From Octopus bimaculoides (taxonomy: Eukaryota), in assembly GCF_001194135.2 (NCBI RefSeq), contig NC_068992.1, forward strand, positions 36,977,724-37,025,282: a DNA stretch of 47,559 nucleotides. Direction: 5' to 3'. A program made the translations under genes and the position numbers. The notes beneath the pieces are model-generated. The model was given only the letters and a program-made list of their open reading frames with translations. It ran no database searches and was not told the DNA's origin. This document shows, in pieces, positions 12,201-23,833 of this stretch (position 1 is its first letter; every line of letters starts with the position of its first letter).

Positions 12201-13058
12201 GAAAAACAGAGGACTCCTTTTATTTAAACGTGTCACACGGTCGAACACACAATAATACATCAAATATGATATACATGATATGTTATGCGACGATAACATA
12301 GATGGCCAGTAATGAAAGACCACAGCCGTATTAGATGAATAACAGAGATATTTATTGTAGCGTTAAAGATGTATGTCTGTGTGTGAGTGTGAATGCGACA
12401 TATAAGAACACAATCAAAGACAGGCCGTCGTACAAAGAAAAGTATGTATGTGAGTGATACATGTGTGTGTATGTGAAATATTACAGCAGAGAAAGAGTCA
12501 ATAACACGTGAACAATTATACCAGTTCTTTAGTACACTATAGGAAAAGTTCTGTATGTGAAAGTGNNNNNNNNNNNNNNNNNNNNNNNNNNNNNNNNNNN
12601 NNNNNNNNNNNNNNNNNNNNNNNNNNNNNNNNNNNNNNNNNNNNNNNNNNNNNNNNNNNNNNNNNNNNNNNNNNNNNNNNNNNNNNNNNNNNNNNNNNNN
12701 NNNNNNNNNNNNNNNNNNNNNNNNNNNNNNNNNNNNNNNNNNNNNNNNNNNNNNNNNNNNNNNNNNNNNNNNNNNNNNNNNNNNNNNNNNNNNNNNNNNN
12801 NNNNNNNNNNNNNNNNNNNNNNNNNNNNNNNNNNNNNNNNNNNNNNNNNNNNNNNNNNNNNNNNNNNNNNNNNNNNNNNNNNNNNNNNNNNNNNNNNNNN
12901 NNNNNNNNNNNNNNNNNNNNNNNNNNNNNNNNNNNNNNNNNNNNNNNNNNNNNNNNNNNNNNNNNNNNNNNNNNNNNNNNNNNNNNNNNNNNNNNNNNNN
13001 NNNNNNNNNNNNNNNNNNNNNNNNNNNNNNNNNNAGTTAAAGCTATTTATAACAAACT

Positions 13059-13290
13059 ATTGGCTCACCAGATGGTAGTAGGAAAACACTATCACGTGAC
13101 CTTTATTAAGGGCTGTGATTGGTCAGTTTGCGTTCTGGCGGGAACGGTTCGAAGAAGTTGCCGATTCGAATAATGATCAGTCACGTGATGACAAGGAATG
13201 GGTTCTCTACTACGCTCGCATTATTTATATTTAAATGAGAAGATTGTATGTAATGGCGATAGTAGTTTGTATCTAATGGCGGGAGGTAGT
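13059..13290. promoter_or_regulatory. Putative promoter-like motif cluster
   Basis: ATTGG at 13059 and 13118, TCACGTGA at 13092 and 13181, TGGCGGGA at 13136 and 13277, AATGGCG twice; locally more CpG than the flanks. No linked gene identified. Confidence 0.4.
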
Positions 13291-14628
13291 TTCACTACAG
13301 GGGTACTGAAGTCCAGTTTTGAAACATACGATGAAATAAAATCTTTCCTTAAATGATTTGTAATACAAGGTTGTAAATTATTTTGTAATAGAAATTTGTT
13401 TCAATCTTTTTAATCGCTTATAAAACTTTTACTGTGTTTTCAATTTTGTATTCCATTCACAAGGTTTTATTTTTTTATCTGAAACGAGTGTTGAGACCAA
13501 TATTGTTGTATTCAGGAAGAATCAAAATTAATAAACACACACACCATTTGTTGCGTACCTATATTTCACTTCTCTCTGCAAAGCAATTGATATATGTTTA
13601 TGCCTTCAAAATTATTTTTCGATACTTCAATCTGCAGCTTCCTCTTTGGATATATACATTTTAACGTTTTAAATGCTTAGTTTTTGTTTTCAACTGACTT
13701 TTTTCTGTTGTTAAATCTCAATAGCAACAAGTATGTGAGTCGATGACGTTTTTTGTATGTTTACTTTGCTTCCCTGTCTTTTTTGTTTGCCGGCAACCGA
13801 ACATGTGCGTGTGGGGGTGGGGTCTGTGTGTGTGTCTGTGTGTGTGTGAATGTGTGTGTATGTGTGTGTTGGTCGGCTAGTTGGACTTATTTTGTCTTTA
13901 CTCTTGTATGATTGTAGGGATGGGTTATCGTTGAGGGGATTCTAAACCCAGTTTTGCTTCATATTATGTGTGTCGGATCAGCCTTCCGTAGTTTTTGTAG
14001 ATTTTGTAAGCTGTTATAAAGTTGGATGATTTAGGAGCCTGAAAAGAATTTACTTCAACATTTTTAGTAAGCTATTGTGTTTCTGTATGGCATGAAACAC
14101 AATAGTGTGCAAGAAATACGACAGAAAAACAATCAGTTTAAAACTAAATATCGTGCAATTAAAAAAATAAATCTACACAAATTCAGAAAGCTACAGGTTG
14201 GTGTAGTGAAAAATATTTTTGAGAACATAAACAAACCTTAACTGCTTTGAGAAAAAGATAGAATTGAAATATAGACAACTAACAATTGTTGAGTATAAGT
14301 TTAACTTCTCGAAAAAGCCCTTCTAACCAATCTAGGGCATACAACATAGCTAATGAAGATTTCCAGCTAGAATCCTTAGTTCTGTTCGATATATTGTTCT
14401 CTCTGTTGTTCTTTCTTGTATATTATATATGTAGTTTTACTATCCTTGTCATCTTTTCTCACTTTTTTCACGCACAAAAGTGAAGATATGAATCTGTTTC
14501 ATTTGAAATGATTTCTGAATTCCCTATTGTTGTTATATTCGCAAACATATTCGGTTCATTCTAATCCAATTTCTCATCCTTTTCTCAGCCATTTCTTGGC
14601 TGCCATGGTCCTCTTGCTAGTAGGTGTA

Positions 14629-14644
14629 CCAGCAGCAGCAGCAG

Positions 14645-14730
<86 letters not shown>
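14629..14730 (+). repeat. Compound (GCA)n-(GTA)n microsatellite
   Basis: Directly visible. Confidence 0.9.
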
Positions 14731-15180
14731 TGTAGCAGGGTGGAGGCGGGAGATGGGGAGGAGATGGTGGTNNNNNNNNNNNNNNNNNNNNNNNNNNNNN
14801 NNNNNNNNNNNNNNNNNNNNNNNNNNNNNNNNNNNNNNNNNNNNNNNNNNNNNNNNNNNNNNNNNNNNNNNNNNNNNNNNNNNNNNNNNNNNNNNNNNNN
14901 NNNNNNNNNNNNNNNNNNNNNNNNNNNNNNNNNNNNNNNNNNNNNNNNNNNNNNNNNNNNNNNNNNNNNNNNNNNNNNNNNNNNNNNNNNNNNNNNNNNN
15001 NNNNNNNNNNNNNNNNNNNNNNNNNNNNNNNNNNNNNNNNNNNNNNNNNNNNNNNNNNNNNNNNNNNNNNNNNNNNNNNNNNNNNNNNNNNNNNNNNNNN
15101 NNNNNNNNNNNNNNNNNNNNNNNNNNNATATATATATATATGTATGTGTGTTTGTCTGTCTATGTTTGTCCCCCCCCCCC

Positions 15181-15361
15181 CACTATCGCTTGAGAACCGA
15201 TGCTGGTGTGTTTACGTCCCCGTAACTTAGCGGTTCGGCAAAAAGAGACCGATAGAATAAGTACTAGGCTTACAAAGAATAAGTCCTGGGGTCGATTTTC
15301 TCGACTAAAGGCGGTGCAACAGCATGGCCGCAGTCAAATGACTGAAACAAGTAAAAGAGTA
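15181..15361 (+). mobile_element. SINE 3' portion
   Basis: Ends gcatggccgcagtcaaatgactgaaacaagtaaaagagta; same family in reverse orientation at 23612-23800 and 43615-43663. Confidence 0.7.
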
Positions 15362-15373
15362 TATATACAGTAT

Positions 15374-15404
<31 letters not shown>

Positions 15405-15701
15405 GGTACAGTATATAAATATGCGTGTGTGTGTGTGTATGTGTGTGTGTGTGTGTATGGGTGTGTGGATACATACACATATAGATACATGTATGTATGC
15501 GTATATATTTTGGGGTACATGTATGTGAATGCGCATGTGCATGTTTTAAGTGTTTATCTCAGTGATTCATTGTTATTTCGTTATTTCATTCCCGCAGCAG
15601 TTCTAAGTAACTTTAATCAAGATAAGTTTTAAATTCCCAGCGTCTTAAATGCAAATACACACACACAAACACGCACGCACGCGCGCACACATACACACAC
15701 A

Positions 15702-15755
<54 letters not shown>

Positions 15756-17659
15756 TGTTAATGTATGTCTGCACGTTGTCAAAGGAGATTCATAGATAAA
15801 AAAAAAGTATACGTGCATAGATTTGTAGAAACATGCACATTCTTATATTCTTACTTGCATAGCTAAGTATATACATACATACATATATATATTCATACAC
15901 ACATACACACACACACACACACACACGCACACACACATATATAAATTAGTTTATGGTTGTAGTAATGTGAGAGGAAACGTTGTTACAAGTGCACTTTAAA
16001 TTAATCAGGACAAAATTCAATTGTTTTAGCGTTTAGCAATTTTTCCAAGAACTGTGATAAATGCGAACATAAAAATTGTAAAAATTGTAAAACTGATAGC
16101 TATCGTAATAGATACTATGGAACAGCTAGCCCAATACACTAAAGGGCAAAACAATATCAGTGCATATGTTTATGTATGTCTGTGTGGAAGTGTGAGCATA
16201 TAGGTTCATACGTGCAGTTATATATATGCATATGGTTCTGTATATATGTTTACATATGTTTGTGTGGGAGAGTGCACGTATAAGTTTATGCGTATAGTTA
16301 CATACATGTATGTATATATATATGCCATCGTTCAGAGTTGTTTACTCATATTCACTGCACAATTATCAGACTTTGAAGCTTGACATTTTTTTAAATATCA
16401 TAATTGGGCAATTATCTTCTCTTGTGTGAATATTCCCAAAGGCGTCTATCGTTCGAAATACAAGCCCTCGCTATCACCGAGGGTCTCTCTTAGCGAAAAC
16501 ACTTCCTTAGTATAGATAAGACCGCTCTCAACGTCCTTCTATTCGGGCCCAGAAAAATTATTTCAATCTTCAGTAATTATTGACACTTTACATAGTTCAG
16601 GTGTGGCTCACAAATATATATTACTCCTACATCTGAGACTATTCTGTCGCTGCACGTACTGACATCCACGACAACATGCAGGAATGCCCCACCATCACCA
16701 CTTACATACTCTAGTCTCAAACTCATATGCATGTACCCACTCATCTCTCTTCCTCTCATCGCTCTTATTTTATCCAAGGCCTTCTCTCTAGCTTCGTATT
16801 AACCTATGTACTTAATCTTTCTTTTCTAGAATGTTCAACCTCCTCGCTCATATTTTTCCCACGGGTCTTGATTTATTCATTTCCTACGGTTCAAGAGTAA
16901 CATTAATAGCACCAGTTTCTCCAGTTTAGGAGTACCTGCAATGGTTTTGCGCCCTGCTCGAAATTTAACACCCAGCAAGTAAAACATGTCATTGTTAGTG
17001 TTGTTTAAGATGCAATGTGCGTATATATGTACGTTTCAGATCTTATATTTCATATTCCTGAGGGCTCAGTGTGAAGCAAGGCAAAAAGTCTTTATAAAGA
17101 GAAGTCTCTTTCGGAACATTTCAAACTCTTTCTACAAGTCAAACACTTTCCTTTCGCGATACTTTCGCTATTTCGGTCATAATTACTTTCAACAGGTGAG
17201 CGTTGATGCAAGTTTGAAAGAGGTTTTCATATAATTTCAGATGTAACAGGCTGCTAACTTTGTTGCTAGCTTTCTTTTAAATCATCTCTGACGTCACTAG
17301 GGTTAGTCCTACACTCTTCAGTAACACATAATGTCACCTATTCATGCACCTGCATCTGGCAAGACAATGCTTAATCCTTAGTAAGAGTTTTGCGTTAATA
17401 TTACACGTAAATGTAATTTCCCATATGTAATTGAATGCATTACCAAAGCAACTAGCAAAATTAAAAATTTTAATTTAAAAATACACCATTACTGCAACTA
17501 AATGTATTTACATTTAGTTGCAGCTTTGTGTGCTTAAAGCAAAACTTAAAAAGTGAAAACGTTTAAGATCAGCAGCAAAATTATGCTGATGTTCACCTCA
17601 AAACTTTTAATAATTGATTGTCTAGATTTACATTTATGTATCATTTTTATATATAACTA

Positions 17660-17750
17660 GCTTAAAAGTGTTGTATTACTCTTGAATATTGTCCTGATGT
17701 CATATGGGCCGAATATCTTTTGTATCTTTTCGGAGAGGCCTTTCAAACCA
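17660..17750 (-). mobile_element. Small PLE fragment (RT-EN linker)
   Basis: Translates KGLSEKIQKIFGPYDIRTIFKSNTTL, resembling the Penelope/Poseidon-type linker. Confidence 0.6.
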
Positions 17751-18970
17751 CTAGCTGTTGACAATCCGAACATACCACCTTGACACCGGCTGCTCCCCTG
17801 CACCGGCTGCTTCACAGTCACAGACAGGGTTACCAACAACATCCACCAATGCCTGAGCAGACTGACCCCACAGCTTTATGCACCCCCTAATTTCGTCTAC
17901 ACATTCTGGGCACGCGCACATAAACACATATCAACACATACACAAGCATCTATGTTCACACTCTTGCACACACACACACACACACACACATACCCTGCCC
18001 ACCCACTCCCACCTAAGCACACACACACATACACACGCACACGCAAACACGTGCGTATATGCACACGAATACGCATACGCACACACTCAGACACAATCTC
18101 ACCTGCACACGCACACACATACGTTCACCTAAATATATTAGTATGCATCACACCTGTATACATATATATATATAAACTTCACGTCTCCCATACCAACATA
18201 CATCTAGCACACCCGTATACATAAATAACAGAAGCATATATATGAATACGCACGCAAACGCACCAGTATATCCTCTTCCGGGCGTACACAGGCACACACC
18301 CACATGAATGCACATACACGCACACAAGCGCGCGTGCACACACGCACATACACACACACGCACTCACCTACACACCCACACACATACGTACACGCATGCA
18401 CACTAACATGCATAACGCCCGCACACATAAATACCACATCTGCTATGTTAGCACACCTGCAAACATAAATAACAAAGCCATATGTACTTACACACACGCG
18501 CGCACCCTTGCTTGCGCCCTAAATCCGTTCATGCGTGCACGTGTATGTAGTAGGCACTAACGCACATGCACTCACAAACACATGCATACACACACAAACG
18601 CCCACCCATACAACCAATAACATACCCACATCACGCATTTATACATCACGAATATACATGTATATGTGCGTGTACACACACATACACACACTCAAACTCA
18701 AGCTCTCACCGGCCTTACTTTTGCTATATCCAGACACTGAGACACCGCCACCTTTCGGTTCAGCTACGGGGTCAAAGAAATTCATCTTTTTAATGGAGCT
18801 GTTGTCGCAAAGGAATTAATGTTCTTTGACAATATTCTTCGCCAACATCATGTGACCCGCCTTGACCAATAGCAGTCTATCATCTAGGAACCATATATCT
18901 CTCCATTCGGCAATCTAAAGCCTGCAAAACTTTAAGTCGCACAGAATCTTATCAAACTGTTTTAAATTTT

Positions 18971-19025
<55 letters not shown>

Positions 19026-19158
19026 NNNNNNNNNNNNNNNNNNNNNNNNNNNNNNNNNNNNNNNNNNNNNNNNNNNNNNNNNNNNNNNNNNNNNNNNNNN
19101 NNNNNNNNNNNNNNNNNNNNNNNNNNNNNNNNNNNNNNNNNNNNNNNNNNNNNNNNNN

Positions 19159-19275
19159 GTGCCTGCGTGTGTGCGTGTGTGTGCGCATGTGTGTGTTCGC
19201 ATGTGTGTGTTCGCATGTGTGTGTGCGCATGTGTGTGTGCGCATGTGTGTGTGCGCGCATGTGTGTGTGTGTACA
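19159..19275 (+). repeat. (GTGTGTGCGCAT)-like minisatellite
   Basis: Repeated gcgcatgtgtgt units of 12-14 bp. Confidence 0.8.
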
Positions 19276-19349
19276 TGCCATTCGGGAAAACGACTGTCGT
19301 GAAATAAATATAGATAATCTTTCTTGTATTGATACAGAAACATGAGCAC

Positions 19350-19545
19350 AAGAAATACTAATGGAACATTCCCATCAAAGCAATGTCAAGTATAAGCATA
19401 ACAGGTTAGATATTCTTATTTAGGACTGCCAAGAAAAGCACTTCCATCATCGAGGTCAGCTGCCCTGTTGATGTGAATATCCATTTGGAAATCAAATGGA
19501 AAGAGAATAACTACTGATGATTGCTTCGAAACCTCCAGCTTCTTA
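19350..19545 (+). mobile_element. RLE-type non-LTR retrotransposon fragment, 5' part of restriction-like endonuclease
   Basis: Y*WNIPIK / HNRLDILI*D / IIEVSCPVDVNI..KENNY**LLRNLQLL across frameshifts (R.D...IEVSCP PD-(D/E)xK-type motif). Confidence 0.75.
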
Positions 19546-20762
19546 AATTTATGAAATTTGTAGAAACGAAAAAGAAGTTTGCTAATGTTTTATAAATACA
19601 AGGAATAGTTTTATTCATCATAATATGCACCCATATTGTCAATACATTTTTGCCATTTAAGCAGTAGCTTGTCCAGCCCGGAACTGTAAAAGCCTAGCAA
19701 TCTAGAGTCAATAAAATCTTTGAAGGCCTGTTTTACAACACCGTCGGAATTTAAATTTGTTTCCTATCAAAAAGTCATCCAAATTCTGGAAGAAGTGGTA
19801 GCTAGTGGGGGCAAGATCATGTGAGGATGGTGGATGATGGAGAACTTCCAACTCCAACTCCTGTAGTTTCTCCAATGTCATTTTTGCGATGTGTGGTATG
19901 GCGTTGTCTTGCAATATTTAGGCTTTTTTTTTTTTGTAAGTTTCTGCATCATTTGGCCCAGTTGGCTGCAATATACTTCGGCCATGATTGATGAGTCAGG
20001 TTTAATGAAATCATAATAGATCACACCTGCGCCAGACCACCAAACACACACCATCAGCTTCTTTTGATGAATTTTGCTTTTTGGACAGTGTTTTGGTGGC
20101 TCGTCTTTGTCCAACCATTGTGCTGAACGTTTACGGTTGTATCGGATCCATTTCTCATCACATGTTACAATTCGATTCAAAAATGCATCATTTTTGTGAC
20201 GAGAAAGTAGCATAATGCAGGTTTCCAAACATTGGTGTTTATGATTTTCATTGAGTTCATGTAGAACTCAGTTATCCAACTTATTCACTTTACCGATTTG
20301 AACTAGGTGAGTCAGTATTGTTTGCTCGGTAACACAAAACAACAACGACAATCCACTGGCACTTTGAGATGGATCTTACTTTACCTTTATTTCTGGTCAA
20401 AGTTACCCGTTATTATCTACCTTTATGAGGTCAAAATTACCCGAACGAAATTTTGCAAAACAATTTGATACAGTCTGCTGCGTAATAGCATTAGAATGAA
20501 ATACTCCATTAATATTCCGAACTTTCTGTGATGCTGTATTTCAAAAAAGAACTCATATTTCCGACTTATCCCTCTCTAAACAAACACAGCAAAAAAAAAA
20601 AACGATTTATAAATACTTTATAAAGCGCAAAATGAGTTAGAATAAAGAAATAGATGTGTCAGCTTTCTAACAAAACATAAAGATTGTCAAAATATAATAA
20701 TGTCGCAAAATGAACAGCTGTCAAAGTTTACCTTACTACAAATTTCATACTTGACGACCTAA
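19546..20762 (-). mobile_element. Full-length decayed mariner (DD34D-type) transposon, ~1.2 kb
   Basis: NINGVF..TVSNCFAKFRSGNFDL, IVTCDEKW, KLMVCVWWS, QDNAIPH, HPPSSHDLAPTSYHFF; right end ttaggtcgtcaagtatgaaatttgtag (reverse complement) matches left tatgaaatttgtag; TA at both flanks. Confidence 0.9.
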
Positions 20763-20938
20763 TATATCAAGATTATGAATTCACATTTATACCAATTGGT
20801 ACATATGGTTTTGTAAGTAAATGCCGAAGGTATGGTTTTCAGAAAAAAGAAATCAACCAACTATCTCGCACATTAAAAATACAATCTGTAGGTGGGACAG
20901 TAAAAATATGCAAGACTTTTCTCAAGTTCAAAATGTGA
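20763..20938 (+). mobile_element. RLE-type retrotransposon fragment, C-terminal continuation of 19350-19545
   Basis: YQDYEFTFIPIGTYGFV...GFQKKEINQLSRTLKIQSVGGTVKICKTFLKFKM* continues directly from LLRNLQLL. Confidence 0.75.
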
Positions 20939-21216
20939 CCTTGTTTTCGTTATCTACATTGTAGCGATGGAGCTTTGTATCTTTGTTAGAAACCAGCTCC
21001 TTTCTCAGAGAAGAATTTAAATAACTAACATCAGAAGAGAACATGCATACACACACACACACACACACATACACAAACATACACACACACGCATGCCTGC
21101 CTGCATACATACATACATACATACATACATACATACATGCATACATGAATACATACATACATACATACATACATACATACACACCTGCTTTGCGGGAAGA
21201 ACTGTTTCAACGAAGT

Positions 21217-21277
21217 CGCGTATTGTCCTTACCTTCGAAACGCGGAGAAGATGAAACAGGGACAACTGATGAAGGGG
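21217..21277 (+). ncRNA. Putative non-circularly permuted hammerhead ribozyme
   Basis: CGCG-UA|UUGUCCUU-AC-CUUC-GAAA-CGCG-13 nt-AGGGACAA-CUGAUGA-A-GGGG: all core nucleotides present; stems I, II and III can pair, but in a crossed order. Confidence 0.6.
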
Positions 21278-21985
21278 TATATTCTTTATGTTGCGTGTTT
21301 CGTTTCTCTGCTTGTTTTTTTTTTCTTTCGTTGCTCGAAAAAAGTTCGTTTTCTATGCTTTCGTTTTTATGTTTTCGTTTCTCATTGTGTTTAACGTTTT
21401 TTTGATGTCCTGTACCCATATATGCATGTATATATACTTGTATATGTAGGTATGTACAGATATGTATGTATATATGCATATATTTATACATTATTTATAT
21501 TATTATATGATCGAACGCAACGCATCCTTTTCCAAGTAACTATTATCTTAATAATTACGATGCGCACTCTTCTTTTATCTCCACTATCTCTTCTCTGTCT
21601 ATCTCTCTCCTTCCCTTGTTCTTCATCCTTTCTGTTTTTCTCTCCCACCCTTCCCCTATTCATCTCCTCTCGCCTTCACCATTCCCTCTCTCTTTCACTC
21701 TTCCTCCTTGGCTCTCTTGTTGCTGACACATGACGAAAGAGGATCTATCTTTCTGTCCATTTCCTTCCTAAAGAAAAGACATGTCTTTGCCTGTCTCCTC
21801 TTATGGCTCGTCCTCCTAGCGTTCATAATAATTTTTCTGTTGTCTTGGCTCAACAGCCCTCACCGTTTGTTTTTACTGTCTTGTTCTCACTGTCCTGTTC
21901 TTGTTAACACTTTCAGCCTTCGCAAAAAGTCCCAAATTTTATTTAATTTGCTTTGCGAGAATTTGCTTTGCTGTTTCAACGAAGT

Positions 21986-22045
21986 CTCGTACTTCCTTAC
22001 CTTCGAAACGCGGAGTAGATGAAACAGGGACAACTGATGAAGGGG
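21986..22045 (+). ncRNA. Degenerate copy of the permuted hammerhead
   Basis: Core GAAAC and CUGAUGA intact; stem III' (ctcg) and stem I' (cttcc) mutated relative to the 21217 copy. Confidence 0.45.
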
Positions 22046-22464
22046 TATATTCTTTATGTTGCATGTCTCGTTTCTTCGTTTGTTTTTTTCGTTGTTCGAA
22101 GAACAGTTCGTTTTCTATGTTTTCGTTTCTCATTGTATTTAACGTGTTTTTGATGTCCTGTACTCATATATGCATGTATATATACATGTATATCTAGGTA
22201 TGTACATATATGTATGTATATATGCATATATTCATATATTATTTATATTATTACGTACATACATACATGCCAAAATACCAATCTTGAGAAATTAGGGTTC
22301 TCAAAACCAGAAATAAGAAAACTGGTTCCAAGACTACAGATCCAAGTCATCACTGGAACTGAAAAAAATTTGCAAAACTTTCCAGAAGTTTATCATTTAA
22401 GTATGTATGAGCATGTCTAGATAAGCAACAATATGCATGAGAATAACTATATAAAACAAAACAT

Positions 22465-22469
<5 letters not shown>

Positions 22470-22545
<76 letters not shown>
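22470..22545. repeat. (CT)n microsatellite
   Basis: Directly visible. Confidence 0.95.
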
Positions 22546-22547
<2 letters not shown>

Positions 22548-22621
22548 CACACAAACATATATATCAAGTGGTTTAGCATGCGTAAATAACCATCAAGGTA
22601 ATACCAGAAGATAAAAAGTTA

Positions 22622-22976
22622 TTAATTGATAATCAAGAGTGCTATATGTTGCACTAGCACGCTAAAAATAGCAACCAGAAGACGACTACAACCACAACTT
22701 TTCACTGATACGCATTAATTGATGTCGAGGCAATGAGCAGAAATTCTAAGCCCTCGTACCAATAATGAAAAGAATCGTAAATTGAAAAGCCAGACATACC
22801 CGTATCATATCAAACTTAGTGAAAATGTCACTTAGTTATCCTCAACGAGTCTTACTGACCCAAGGGTCATAGAAACTAATTACTGTGTATCAGTGAAAAT
22901 TTGTGGTTGTATTCGTCTTTTGGTTGCTATTTTTAGCATGCTGGTGCCACTTGTAGCACCTTTAATTATTAATTAA
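22622..22976. repeat. Fold-back element with ~90-bp imperfect inverted arms
   Basis: 22622-22711 is the imperfect reverse complement of 22887-22976. Confidence 0.75.
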
Positions 22977-23018
22977 CTAGCTGGACCCGTGAAAACTTCA
23001 CGAAAAGCATAAAAAATG

Positions 23019-23420
23019 TAAATAGAAATAGTATTATTTCTAAATTTCTCAAAGAGAGACATACAGTAACATTTCTTTAAAGTAAAACTGTATGTCTCTC
23101 TCTGACAGATTTAGAAATAATACTATTTCTATTTATAGGTCAGTGACTGTGTGTCACGTTGAAATCTATATGTTCGAACCGTGAATTCAGCAACGCCACC
23201 TAGTCAAGCAGCTACTCTGTGTTGATGAAGAGCAATAAACCTGGAACTAGTCCACAGATGTTGTTTTGTGCTGAAGCGGGGATGCTGAATTCTCGGTTCG
23301 AAAATATCAGGACACAGATAATGTGTCGTATAGTCAGCTGGAAACGATGTTACTTGGGGCTAATAAACAGTAACAACGTCCCTTACAGGACAGCCATATT
23401 ATGTTGGCAAATAAATTTTA
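23019..23420 (+). mobile_element. ~350-bp retrozyme-like repeat unit preceded by a fold-back hairpin
   Basis: Hairpin 23019-23135; HHR 23216-23258 = UCUGUG-UUGAUGA-...-GGAAC-UA-GUC-CACAGA; remainder aligns with 2998-3320. Confidence 0.7.
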
Positions 23421-23611
23421 CAATAAAAAATGTAAGCATCTGTAAATTGTGTGCTAGTGTTATGAGAAATGTTTCTATATCTTTATACTTTCAGAATATA
23501 GTAAAAAGTGTAGAACCGATAACTATATAATCCAACCAAAATATCTCAGTTATGCAAACGTAAAGATAATTACTATTTAGCCTTAAAATACATCGTATCA
23601 TTCTTCTGATA

Positions 23612-23800
23612 TTCTTTTATTCTTTTACTTGTTTCAGTCATTTGACTGTAGCCATGCTTTAGTCAAAGAATTCGACCCCTGGATTTATTCTCTGTAAGCC
23701 CGATGCTTCTTCTATCAGTCCTTCTGCTGAACAGCTAAGTTACGGACGCAAACACACCAACATCGGTTGTCAAGCGATGGTGGTAAGGTGACAAGCACAG
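23612..23800 (-). mobile_element. SINE 3' portion
   Basis: Reverse-complement match to 15181-15361. Confidence 0.7.
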
Positions 23801-23801
23801 C

Positions 23802-23833
<32 letters not shown>

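Larger units (their letters stand above)
21185..22250 (+). mobile_element. Partial tandem repeat (PLE pLTR-like) carrying permuted hammerhead motifs
   Basis: ~21202-21485 is repeated at ~21971-22240; both contain ctgtttcaacgaagtc..cttcgaaacgcgg..ctgatgaagggg and the tail tgtcctgtac; related copy at ~45240-45500. Confidence 0.65.

Noticed and set aside
14527-14760. Poly-Ala/poly-Val ORF resembling a membrane protein
   Set aside because: It is simply the (GCA)n(GTA)n microsatellite read in frame.
16480-16990. Moderate-complexity segment that might be a LINE remnant or exon
   Set aside because: No recognisable motif in any frame that I could support.
19514-19532. CTGATGA-ttgcttc-GAAAC hammerhead-like string
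   Set aside because: There is no stem II pairing and no NUH plus stem I; it lies in decayed RLE coding sequence (Y**LLRNL).
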